This document shows, in pieces, positions 1 to 7,732 of a stretch of DNA of 54,407 bases (position 1 is its first letter; every line of letters begins with the position of its first letter). The stretch is taken from assembly GCA_035687045.1 (NCBI GenBank), contig DASRYU010000177.1, positions 1 through 54,407 on the forward strand, given 5' to 3'. This DNA comes from Thermoplasmatota archaeon (GTDB lineage Archaea > Thermoplasmatota > SW-10-69-26 > JACQPN01 > JAJPHT01). Position numbers and translations under genes: made by a program. The notes beneath the pieces are model-generated. The model had not been told where the DNA came from, did no database searches, and saw nothing but the letters and a program-made list of their open reading frames with translations.

Positions 1-2
1 CG

Positions 3-950
3 CCGGAGCCCCACCCCATCCCGGCGGGCGGGGCGGCGTGCGGCGCGACCATCAGCGAGTGGATCGAGGAGCGCGGCGTGGAGCGCCATGGCGTCCGCTA
101 TCACCGCGGCCGCGTCGAGAGCATCGACTTCGACGGCAAGAGCGCGACCGTCTCGGGCGAGCGCCTCCCCTACGACCACCTCGTGCTCGCGCTGGGCGCG
201 CGCCTCGGCCCGGTTCCCGAAGGTGCGCTGAGCCTCTACAGCCTCGAAGGCGTCGAGGCGCTGCACCGCGAGCTCGCGCGGCGCGAGGAGGGCAGGCTTC
301 TTGTCGCCGTCTCCTCGCTCCCGTTCAAGTGCCCGCCCGCGCCCTACGAGGCCGCGATGCTCGCGAAGGCGTTCCGCCCGCGCATGCACGTCACCGTCGC
401 CTCGCCGGAGCCCCACCCCATCCCGGCGGGCGGGGCGGCGTGCGGCGCGACCATCAGCGAGTGGATCGAGGAGCGCGGCGTGGAGCGCCGCAACGGCACG
501 CCTCTCGAGCAGGCGCTCGAGCTGCCGCGCGACGTCCTCGCCGTCGTCCCGCCCCACCTGCCGCCCGCGCTGCTCGGCGCCTGGGTCGAGGCGGACGCGG
601 CGACGCTCGCGACGAAGTGGCGCGACGTGTGGGCCGTGGGGGATTGCAACGTCGTGAAGCTCGCGAACGGCAAGCCGCTCGTGAAGGCCGGCGTGATGGC
701 CGAGGGAGAGGCCAAGGTCGTCGCCGCGAACCTCGCGGCGCGCGTGCGCGGCGAGCCGGAGACGGCGCGCTTCGACGGCAAGGGGGGCTGCTTCCTCGAG
801 CTGGGCCGCGGCGAGGCGGTCGAGGTGCGCGGCGACTTCTACCACCAGCCTGACCCCGTCGTGGCGGCGGCGGGGCTCCCTTCGCGCGAGACGCTCGCGG
901 CGAAGTGGCGGTGGGAGGAGGAGCGCCTGCTCCGCTGGTTCGGCGCGTAG
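3..950 (+). CDS. FAD-dependent pyridine nucleotide-disulfide oxidoreductase, sulfide:quinone oxidoreductase-like (5' end runs off the window)
   Basis: The reading frame is open from nt 3 (ORF track 78..950). Motifs YDHLVLALGA, FKCPPAPYE and WAVGDC are typical of SQR/NDH-2-like flavoproteins. The GxGxxG N-terminus is not in the window, so the CDS is partial. Confidence 0.7.
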   Translation, partial: PEPHPIPAGGAACGATISEWIEERGVERHGVRYHRGRVESIDFDGKSATVSGERLPYDHLVLALGARLGPVPEGALSLYSLEGVEALHRELARREEGRLLVAVSSLPFKCPPAPYEAAMLAKAFRPRMHVTVASPEPHPIPAGGAACGATISEWIEERGVERRNGTPLEQALELPRDVLAVVPPHLPPALLGAWVEADAATLATKWRDVWAVGDCNVVKLANGKPLVKAGVMAEGEAKVVAANLAARVRGEPETARFDGKGGCFLELGRGEAVEVRGDFYHQPDPVVAAAGLPSRETLAAKWRWEEERLLRWFGA

Positions 951-953
951 AGG

Positions 954-985
954 AAAAAAAGAGTGGGCGGAGCGAGGCTCCGCCC
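954..985 (-). terminator. Hairpin plus oligo-T terminator downstream of the S8 protease gene
   Basis: GGGCGGAGC-GAG-GCTCCGCCC (965-985) forms a perfect 9-bp stem. Read on the minus strand it is followed by T7 (954-960). It lies between convergent stop codons at 950 and 1001. Confidence 0.5.
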
Positions 986-1000
986 GGGGCGGGTGCGGGT

Positions 1001-2593
1001 TCAGCTCACGCTGATGGTCTTGCACGTCGCGACGTTCGCGGCCTCGTCGTAGGTGAAGCCGGCGCCGCTCAGGCTTGTCACGCACGATTGCCACGTGCCG
1101 TGTCCGCCGCCCTTCTGCTGCACGTCGAGCGTCACTTGGCCGTTGCCCGAGGTGCTGCCGCTCGCGGTGTAGCTCGTGCCTTCGGGGCTCGTCACGCGGA
1201 TGGAGACCGTGACGCCGCCCGCGGGGCTGCCGTCCGCCTTGGCGACGCTCACCAGGGTGGAGACCTTGTGCGCGCGGCCGCCCTGCGTGTGCGTGTACGA
1301 GAGGTCGATGCCCGAGACGTGAACGGGCACCGGCTCCGCGCCACCGCCGCCGCTCGAGCATCCGGAGAGCGAGAGGAGCGCGCACGTGTTGACGAAGCCG
1401 TAGCCGTAGTTGTTGTTGGGCCTGCCGCCGCCGTCGGCGGGGAGCTGGATGCCGGTCTTCATGATGCTGTCGCGCACCTGCGCGGGCGAGAGCGACGGGT
1501 TCTGCTCGAGCATCAGCGCGACGACGCCGCTCACGTGCGGCGTGGCCATCGAGGTGCCGGAGAGCGCCACGTAGGTGCCGCCCAGGAAGGCGCTGCGGAT
1601 GGCGACGCCCGGGGCGACGATCTCGGGCTTCACGCGGCCGTCCTTCGTGGGCCCGCGGCTCGAGAAGCCGGCGATGACGTCGTCGTTGATGTCGGTGGTG
1701 GAGCGGTCGTCGACGGCGCCGACGGTGATGACGGTCTTGGCGTCGCCGGGCGTGCCGACGGTGCACTTGTCGGGACCTTCGTTGCCGGCGGCGATGACGG
1801 CGACGACGCCGTTCGCCATCACGCGGTCCGCGGCGCGGCTGTCGTCGCTCGTCCCGTCCCCGCAGCCTGCGGCGCCGAGGCTCGCGCTCATGACGCGGAT
1901 GCCGTAGACGTTCTTGTTCTGGACGATCCAGTCCATGCCGGCGATGATGTCGCTCACGAGGCCGACGCCGGCGCTGTTGAGCACCTTGACGGCGCTGAAG
2001 GTCACGCCCGTCGCGACGCCGGGGTCGCCAAGCGTCGTGCGCGAGCCGCCGACGATGCCCGCGACGTGCGTCCCGTGGCCGTTGTCGTCCTCGCAGAGGG
2101 CGGTCCTGAGGCCGCCGCTGAACTGCACGCAGCCGGTGATGCGGCCGGAGAGCGCCGGGTGGACCGACTCGATGCCCGTGTCCAGGATGGCGACGTTGAC
2201 GCCCGCGCCGGTGTAGCCCGCCGCCTCCGCCTTGTCCGCGCCCACTTCGACGCGGCTCACCGCGAGCGACGCGTGCGCGAGGCGGTCGTAGCTCACGCGC
2301 GTCGACCAAGGCTGCGCGTCGAGGAGCGGGAGAAGGTCGCGCTCGGCGTATCCCGCGAAGGCGTCGATGATCTCGTAGCGGTACGTCACCGTCATGCCCA
2401 GCGCCTCCGCCATCGGCGCGTACGTGGCGCTGGGGCCGTCCGTCCCGACGATGATGCGGACGCGGTCCCCGGCGAGCTCGACGGCGATGGTCGTGTCGAG
2501 CGGGGCGGCGCCGGGCGTGAGGGCGACCGCCTGCACCGAAGCGGCGGCCACCAGGATCGACAGCGTAAGGATCGTCAACATTCGGGATCGCAT
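1001..2593 (-). CDS. Secreted subtilisin-like serine protease (peptidase S8) with a C-terminal beta-sandwich domain
   Basis: ORF 1001..2647, trimmed to ATG 2593, which gives the signal peptide MRSRMLTILTLSILVAAASVQA. Catalytic motifs are DTGI, HGTHVAG and GTSMATPHVSG. Confidence 0.9.
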   Translation of the reverse strand: MRSRMLTILTLSILVAAASVQAVALTPGAAPLDTTIAVELAGDRVRIIVGTDGPSATYAPMAEALGMTVTYRYEIIDAFAGYAERDLLPLLDAQPWSTRVSYDRLAHASLAVSRVEVGADKAEAAGYTGAGVNVAILDTGIESVHPALSGRITGCVQFSGGLRTALCEDDNGHGTHVAGIVGGSRTTLGDPGVATGVTFSAVKVLNSAGVGLVSDIIAGMDWIVQNKNVYGIRVMSASLGAAGCGDGTSDDSRAADRVMANGVVAVIAAGNEGPDKCTVGTPGDAKTVITVGAVDDRSTTDINDDVIAGFSSRGPTKDGRVKPEIVAPGVAIRSAFLGGTYVALSGTSMATPHVSGVVALMLEQNPSLSPAQVRDSIMKTGIQLPADGGGRPNNNYGYGFVNTCALLSLSGCSSGGGGAEPVPVHVSGIDLSYTHTQGGRAHKVSTLVSVAKADGSPAGGVTVSIRVTSPEGTSYTASGSTSGNGQVTLDVQQKGGGHGTWQSCVTSLSGAGFTYDEAANVATCKTISVS

Positions 2594-2764
2594 GAAAGAG
2601 CCTCTGGGCCTCCGTAGCCCAGGCGGAGGACGAGCGGGGGGAACCATCTACGCATGCGGCCGGTCTTCGATCCGTCCGCACGAGATTACCCCCCGGAACG
2701 GGACATGTCCCGCGCCCGCTCTGCGAGAGGCGAGGAGGCGAGGCTTGAAGTGGCGGCGCTCCCG

Positions 2765-4087
2765 ATGAAGAGCATGGACCCCGTGCGCGAGAAGGCGGAG
2801 CGGGCGCGCGCCGCCGCGCTGCGCCTGCAGGCCGCGTCGAACAGCGAGCGCGTGCGCGGCGTCCTCGCGATGGCCGACGCGCTCGAGCGGGCGGCTCCGC
2901 GCATCCTCGCCGCGAACGAGGAGGACCTCGCGGAGGCGAGGGCCACCGGCCTCGCCGCGCCGCTCCTCTCGCGCCTGAAGCTCACGCCGGAGAAGCTGCG
3001 CCTCACGCTCGACGGCGTGCGCAGCCTCGCGCGCATGGAGGACCCGCTCGGGCGTACGCTCCGCTCGACGCTCCTCGACGACGGCCTTCGGCTCTACCAG
3101 GTGACGGTGCCGCTGGGTGTCGTCGCCTGCGTGTTCGAGTCGCGCCCGGACGCCTCGATCCAGATCCCCGCGCTCACGTACCGCAGCGGGAACGCGGCGC
3201 TCCTCAAGGGGGGCCGCGAGGCGGACCGCACGAACCGCGCCATCGTCGAGGCGCTGCGCGCCGCGGTGCCTGAGCCCGACGCCGTCCAGCTTCTCGAGGG
3301 GCGCGCGGAGGTAGAGGCGGTGCTGGCGCTCGATGCGCTCGTCGACCTCGTCATCCCGCGCGGCTCGTCCGAGTTCGTGCGCCACGTCATGTCGCGCACG
3401 CGCATCCCTGTTCTCGGCCACGCGGCGGGCGTCTGCCACGTCTACGTGCACGCGAGCGCGGACCCGGCGAAGGTCGTCCCGCTCGTGCTCGACGCCAAGA
3501 CGGACAACCCGAGCGCGTGCAACGCCGCGGAGACGCTTCTCGTGGACCGCGCGGCCGCGCATCTCGTGCGCCCCATCGTCGAGGCGCTCGCGAAGGCGGG
3601 CGTCGAGGTGCGCGCGAGCGAACGGGCGCGCGGGCACGCGGCGGAGCTCGCGAAGCCGGCGGCGCCCGAGGATTTCGGCGCCGAGTTCGGCGACCTCACG
3701 CTCGCGCTCGACGTCGTGGACGGCCTCGAGGAGGCGGTCGCGTTCGTCAACCGGCACGGGTCGCGCCACACCGACGTCATCGTGGCGGAAGACCGCGAGG
3801 CCGCGCGCCGGTTCGTCGCGGCGGTCGACAGCGCCGGCGTGTTCGTGAATGCCAGCCCGCGCTTCGCCGACGGCTACCGCTACGGCCTCGGCGCCGAGGT
3901 CGGCGTGTCGACGTCCAAGCTGCACGCGCGCGGGCCCGTCGGCATGGACGGGCTCACGACGACGAAGTGGGTGCTTGTCGGCGAGGGGCACGTGGCGGGC
4001 CGCTACCAGGGCGCCGCCGCGAAGCCGTTCAAGCACGAGCCGCGGCCGGGCGCCGCCTGGAGCGACGAGTTCCCCGACGGGCGCTGA
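2765..4087 (+). CDS. proA: Gamma-glutamyl phosphate reductase
   Basis: ORF 2654..4087. The product aligns by eye with ProA end to end (ILAANEEDL, PLGVV..FESRP, CNAAETLLV, GAEVGVSTSKLHARGP). ATG 2765 was chosen as the start; in-frame alternatives are 2705 and 2774. Confidence 0.9.
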   Translation: MKSMDPVREKAERARAAALRLQAASNSERVRGVLAMADALERAAPRILAANEEDLAEARATGLAAPLLSRLKLTPEKLRLTLDGVRSLARMEDPLGRTLRSTLLDDGLRLYQVTVPLGVVACVFESRPDASIQIPALTYRSGNAALLKGGREADRTNRAIVEALRAAVPEPDAVQLLEGRAEVEAVLALDALVDLVIPRGSSEFVRHVMSRTRIPVLGHAAGVCHVYVHASADPAKVVPLVLDAKTDNPSACNAAETLLVDRAAAHLVRPIVEALAKAGVEVRASERARGHAAELAKPAAPEDFGAEFGDLTLALDVVDGLEEAVAFVNRHGSRHTDVIVAEDREAARRFVAAVDSAGVFVNASPRFADGYRYGLGAEVGVSTSKLHARGPVGMDGLTTTKWVLVGEGHVAGRYQGAAAKPFKHEPRPGAAWSDEFPDGR

Positions 4088-4149
4088 GGAGCGCGCGGCC
4101 GACGAGCGTGGAGCGCAGGCTTCTTCCCCCGCCGCGCGCGTGGACGTGC

Positions 4150-5262
4150 GTGGCCGCGCCGAAGAAGCGCCGCATCGTCGTGAAGATCGGCACGAACACC
4201 ATCTGCGGGAGCCTCGGCCGCCCCGACCCGTGGTACATGGCCGCCATCGCGGACGAGATGGTGGATCTCATCGACGCGGGCCACCAGGTCATCCTCGTCA
4301 CCTCCGGCGCCATCGGCACCGGGCGCCACATCCTCGGGATGAAGGAGAAGCCGCGCGACGTGCGCGTGCGGCAGGCGGCGGCCGCCGTCGGCCAGCCGCG
4401 CCTCATGCACGACTGGGCGAGCGCGTTCGGGCGCCGCGGAACCAACGTCGCGCAGGTCCTTCTCACCTACCACACCTTCGCGCGGCGCGAAAGCTATCTC
4501 CACATGCGCGAAGCGATGCTCAAGCTCCTCGAGATGGGCGTGGTGCCCATCGTCAACGAGAACGACACGGTGAGCATCAGCGAGATCGACGCGGGCTTCG
4601 GCGACAACGATCGGCTCAGCGCGCTCGTCGCGACGAAGCTCGAGGCGGACAGGCTCGTCATCCTCTCGGACGTCGCGGGGCTCTACACGAAGCCGCCGGG
4701 CGAGCCCGGCGCCGAGCTCGTGCGCCGCGTCGAGAGGGTCGACGAGCGCATCCGCGCCATGGCGGGCGCGAAAGCGTCGAGCGGAGGGCGCGGCGGCATG
4801 GGCTCGAAGCTCGAGGCGGCGGCCCTCGCGATGGAAAGCGGCTGCGAGGTCGTCATCGCGCCGGGCCGCGAGCCGCACGTGCTGCGCCGCATCGCCGCCG
4901 GCGAGGAGCTTGGCACGCGCTTCGTCCCGAGCTCGCGCGCGAGCGGCGCGCGCCGCTGGCTCCTCCTCGCCCAGCCGGAAGGGGAGGTGCACGTGGACGC
5001 GGGCGCCGCGCGCGCCCTCGCCGCCGGAAAGCACCTCCTGCCCGCGGGGGTGGTCGACGTGCGCGGCACGTTCAGCGTCGAGAGCGTCGTCCGCATCGTG
5101 AGCGACGGCCGCATCCTCGGGCGCGCGGTGAGCGAGCTCTCCTCCGAGGACCTTGCGCGCGTGAAGGGCCTCAAGAGCGCCGACGCGCAGCGCGTGCTCG
5201 GCATCGACGGCACCGTGAACGTCACCACGAAAGGCAAGCTCCTCCTCACGGACGAAAAGTAG
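4150..5262 (+). CDS. proB: Glutamate 5-kinase with a C-terminal PUA domain
   Basis: This is the 3' part of ORF 3517..5262. GTG 4150 gives M-AAPKKRRIVVKIGTN. Motifs VTSGAI, NENDTV and GDNDRLSA are present, and a PUA-like C-terminus (VDAGAARAL..GKHLLPAGV). It sits directly downstream of proA. Confidence 0.88.
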   Translation: MAAPKKRRIVVKIGTNTICGSLGRPDPWYMAAIADEMVDLIDAGHQVILVTSGAIGTGRHILGMKEKPRDVRVRQAAAAVGQPRLMHDWASAFGRRGTNVAQVLLTYHTFARRESYLHMREAMLKLLEMGVVPIVNENDTVSISEIDAGFGDNDRLSALVATKLEADRLVILSDVAGLYTKPPGEPGAELVRRVERVDERIRAMAGAKASSGGRGGMGSKLEAAALAMESGCEVVIAPGREPHVLRRIAAGEELGTRFVPSSRASGARRWLLLAQPEGEVHVDAGAARALAAGKHLLPAGVVDVRGTFSVESVVRIVSDGRILGRAVSELSSEDLARVKGLKSADAQRVLGIDGTVNVTTKGKLLLTDEK

Positions 5263-5363
5263 CCGCGTCGTCGGTGAGAATCGGCTCGCGCGGGCGACGC
5301 CTCAAGGCCTCCGACGCCCGAGCCCCTCCGATGCGTCGCCAGAGGACGCGGCCCGCCTGGAGC

Positions 5364-5489
5364 ATGGTCCAATGCCCCACCTGCCACGCGCAGCCGGGCG
5401 AGCCGTGCCGCACCATCCACGGCCTCGCCACCGACCCGCACAACCCGCGGCGGCGCGAAGCGCAGGGCGAGGGGGGCGCGCGGGCGTAG
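5364..5489 (+). CDS. Small CxxC zinc-ribbon-like protein (hypothetical)
   Basis: MVQCPTCHAQPGEPCRTIHGLATDPHNPRRREAQ..; an in-frame alternative start is ATG 5331. The only support is the C-x2-C-x6-C-x4-H pattern and the position in a gap after proB. Confidence 0.3.
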   Translation: MVQCPTCHAQPGEPCRTIHGLATDPHNPRRREAQGEGGARA

Positions 5490-5528
5490 CGCGCCGGGCG
5501 GTCGGTCGCCCGCGACGCGGCGCGGCCG

Positions 5529-5653
5529 CGGGCGGTAGACCACCCGGAGGTGGACCCGGTGCGAGCTCCTTCAGTCCCGCGGCGCCGCCCGCCGGGCGCC
5601 CGGGCGGTAGACCACCCGGAAGCGTCCGCCGTTCCGGGCGGTAGACCACCCGG
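5529..5653. repeat. Three direct copies of an 18-20 nt motif CGGGCGGTAGACCACCCGG(A)
   Basis: Exact copies lie at 5529-5548, 5601-5620 and 5635-5653. A degenerate partial copy (GGTGGACCCGGTGCG) lies at 5549-5563. The motif is an imperfect inverted repeat (CCGGG.GGT..ACC.CCCGG). It sits in the convergent intergenic spacer. Confidence 0.8.
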
Positions 5654-5674
5654 TGCGGTCAGCGCGAAAAAAGC

Positions 5675-6838
5675 TCACTCCGGCGGCCGCGGCGTGCGCA
5701 CGGTCACCGTCGCCGAGCGCGGCCCTTCGTTCCCCATTTCGTTGACCGCGCTCACGCTGTAGGTGTAGGCGGTGTCGGGGGCGACGGTCGTGTCCTCGTA
5801 GGAGGTGGCGGTGGTGCTGCCGATGCGGATGTCGCCGCGGTAGATGCGGTAGTTGTGGACGGCGCTGCCTTGCGAGTGGGACCAGGCGAGGCGGACGCTG
5901 GCGTGCGAGGTGTCCTGCGCGGAGAGGGCGGCGGGCGCGGCGGGGAGGGCCTTGGAGAGCTGGCGGTTCTGGTAGGCCTTGTAGCCGTCGTAGATGAGCG
6001 GGACGCCGACGAGGAGGAAGAGCGTGATGCCGAGCATCACCCAGAGGTCCTTGGGGGCGTAGGCGTTGCCGATCTTGGGCCAGAGGATCTTCCCCGTCTG
6101 GTCGCGAGGGGGGTTCGGGTCGTTGGGCTCCTTCGCGAGGGCGAGCTTGATGAGGCCGAGCCACGGGAGCTCGCCGCGGCCTTTGCCTTCGATCCATTCC
6201 ATCTGGACGGGCATGCTCCGTCCGCGCGCGTCGTGCGAGAGGCCGGAGACCTGGTCCGTCTGCGTGTTGGTGATCGGGTTGTCGCCCTTGGTGAGGAAGC
6301 CGCTCACGTCGGGCCGGTACGGCTCGGGGTCGCTGGGGCGGGAGAGGCGTTCGGCGATGGGGACGCTCGGGATGTAGATGCCTTCCTCGCCGAAGCGGCA
6401 CCAGGTGCGGCCGTTGCGCTCGACCTTCTCGCTGCCGCCTTCGCAGGGGGCGTTGGGGTCCCAGCGCACGTAGTACGTCGGGCCGGGCTCGACCTCGACG
6501 TAGGCGACGGCGCGGTGGATGATGGGCGTGCGCGCGCGGTTGTTGGCGGGGTAGAAGACGATGACGTCGCCCGGCAGGCCGTAGCGCTCGCGCCCTCCTT
6601 CGAGGAGCGTCGTGATATCATCGACGTCGTCGACGTCCTTGACGAGGACGAGGTCGCCCGGGTCGATGGTGCCGAAGCGGCCGTAGGTGACCTCCGTGTC
6701 GGGGTGCATCATGCTGCCCGACTCGACGATGACGGCCGGGGGCCAGGAGCCGGTGTAGGCGAAGAGGCCGCCAAGGAGGAGGGCGAACACGGCGATGAGG
6801 ACGAGCGCGTCCCGCACCGCCGCGGAGCGTATGGCCAC
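5675..6838 (-). CDS. Signal peptidase I, archaeal/ER Sec11-SipW type (S26B), with a second TM helix and a C-terminal fibronectin type III domain
   Basis: GTG start at 6838. An N-terminal TM helix is followed by VESGSMMHP (catalytic Ser), PIIHRAV (His) and TKGDNP boxes. A second TM (LGITLFLLVGVPLIY) precedes an FN3-like tail (VRLAWSHS..YRIYR..YTYSVSAVN). An oligo-T run (5667-5672 on the minus strand) follows the stop codon directly. Confidence 0.85.
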   Translation of the reverse strand: MAIRSAAVRDALVLIAVFALLLGGLFAYTGSWPPAVIVESGSMMHPDTEVTYGRFGTIDPGDLVLVKDVDDVDDITTLLEGGRERYGLPGDVIVFYPANNRARTPIIHRAVAYVEVEPGPTYYVRWDPNAPCEGGSEKVERNGRTWCRFGEEGIYIPSVPIAERLSRPSDPEPYRPDVSGFLTKGDNPITNTQTDQVSGLSHDARGRSMPVQMEWIEGKGRGELPWLGLIKLALAKEPNDPNPPRDQTGKILWPKIGNAYAPKDLWVMLGITLFLLVGVPLIYDGYKAYQNRQLSKALPAAPAALSAQDTSHASVRLAWSHSQGSAVHNYRIYRGDIRIGSTTATSYEDTTVAPDTAYTYSVSAVNEMGNEGPRSATVTVRTPRPPE

Positions 6839-6860
6839 GCGCCTCGCACGGGAGGTCGCC

Positions 6861-6866
6861 TTATAA
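6861..6866 (-). promoter_or_regulatory. TATA-like box (TTATAA) for the SPase-FN3 gene
   Basis: This is the only AT-rich hexamer in the 33-nt gap between the two peptidase genes. It lies about 25 nt upstream of the GTG start at 6838, which fits a leaderless archaeal transcript. Confidence 0.4.
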
Positions 6867-6871
6867 CGGTT

Positions 6872-7732
6872 TCAGCGTCGGCCGCGCTCTTCCCGCCGCG
6901 CGCGCAGCGCCTTCCACGCGTCGTAGAGGAGCGGCGCGCCCACGAGAAGGAACAGGGAGACGCCGAGCATGACCCAGAGGTCCTTGGGCGCGTACGCGCT
7001 GCCGATCTTGACCCAGGCCTCGGGCGGGTTGTCCTGGTTGGGTTTGGCGGCGAGCGCGAGCTTGAGGAGGCCCAGCCACGGGAGCTCGCCGCGCGCCTTG
7101 CCTTCGAGCCATTCGAGCGGCACGGGCTGGCGCACGTCGGGCATCGTGATCTGGTCGATGGCCTGGTTCGTGACGGGGTTGTCCCCCTTCGTGATGAAGC
7201 CGTTGCGCGTGGGCTTGTAGCCGATGTCCTCGTTGCCCGCGCCGAGGCCGCCGCGCACGCCCATCGACGGGATGAGGATGCCGTCGCGCCCGTAGTGGCA
7301 CCACGAGCGCCCCCCGCGCTGGATCTTCGTCGCGCCCCCTTCGCAGGGCGCGTCGTCGCTCCAGCGCACGTCGTACTCGCCCGCGTTGACCTCGACGTAG
7401 GCGACGGCGCGGTGGATGATGGGCGTGCGCGTGCGGTCGTTCATCCGATAGTAGACGATGACGTCGCCGGGGTAGCCGTAGCGATCCCGCCCGCCCTCGG
7501 CGCGCGTCGTCACGTCGTCGAGGGAGTCGACGCTCTTCACGAGCACGAGGTCGCCCGGGTCGATGGTGCCGAAGCGGCCGTAGGTGACCTCACGGTCGGC
7601 GTGCATCATGCTCCCCGACTCGACGATGACCGCCGGGGGCCAGTTCTGCGTGTAGAGGGCGAGCGCGCCGAGGAACGCGACGAACACGCCGACGAGGACG
7701 AGCGCCTCGCGCACGCGCGGCGAGAGCGCCAT
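6872..7732 (-). CDS. Signal peptidase I, archaeal/ER Sec11-SipW type (S26B), paralogue of 5675..6838
   Basis: ORF 6872..8140, trimmed to ATG 7732 (MALSPRVREALVLVGVF..). It has the same VESGSMMH, PIIHRAV and TKGDNP boxes and a shared Cys-pair insert (APCEGG..WC). It ends just after TM2 with a basic tail. Confidence 0.88.
   Translation of the reverse strand: MALSPRVREALVLVGVFVAFLGALALYTQNWPPAVIVESGSMMHADREVTYGRFGTIDPGDLVLVKSVDSLDDVTTRAEGGRDRYGYPGDVIVYYRMNDRTRTPIIHRAVAYVEVNAGEYDVRWSDDAPCEGGATKIQRGGRSWCHYGRDGILIPSMGVRGGLGAGNEDIGYKPTRNGFITKGDNPVTNQAIDQITMPDVRQPVPLEWLEGKARGELPWLGLLKLALAAKPNQDNPPEAWVKIGSAYAPKDLWVMLGVSLFLLVGAPLLYDAWKALRARREERGRR

Noticed and set aside
905-2617. A 570-aa plus-strand ORF antisense to the S8 protease gene.
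   Set aside because: The product is an Arg/Ala/Gly/Asp-rich low-complexity translation with no motifs. Such long shadow ORFs are typical of ~70% GC DNA. The opposite strand encodes a protease with a complete catalytic triad and signal peptide.
2654-2764. An N-terminal extension of proA from the ORF-track start (2654), or from ATG 2705.
   Set aside because: Alignment by eye with bacterial ProA places residue 1 near MKSMDP (2765). The extension is Arg-rich and unlike ProA. ATG 2705, about 20 nt downstream of a weak AT-rich patch, cannot be excluded, so it is noted as an alternative only.
5529-5653. The 19-nt repeat cluster as a possible miniature CRISPR array.
   Set aside because: There are only three copies, the repeat is shorter than typical CRISPR repeats, the gaps between copies are very unequal (52 and 14 nt), and no cas genes or leader are present.
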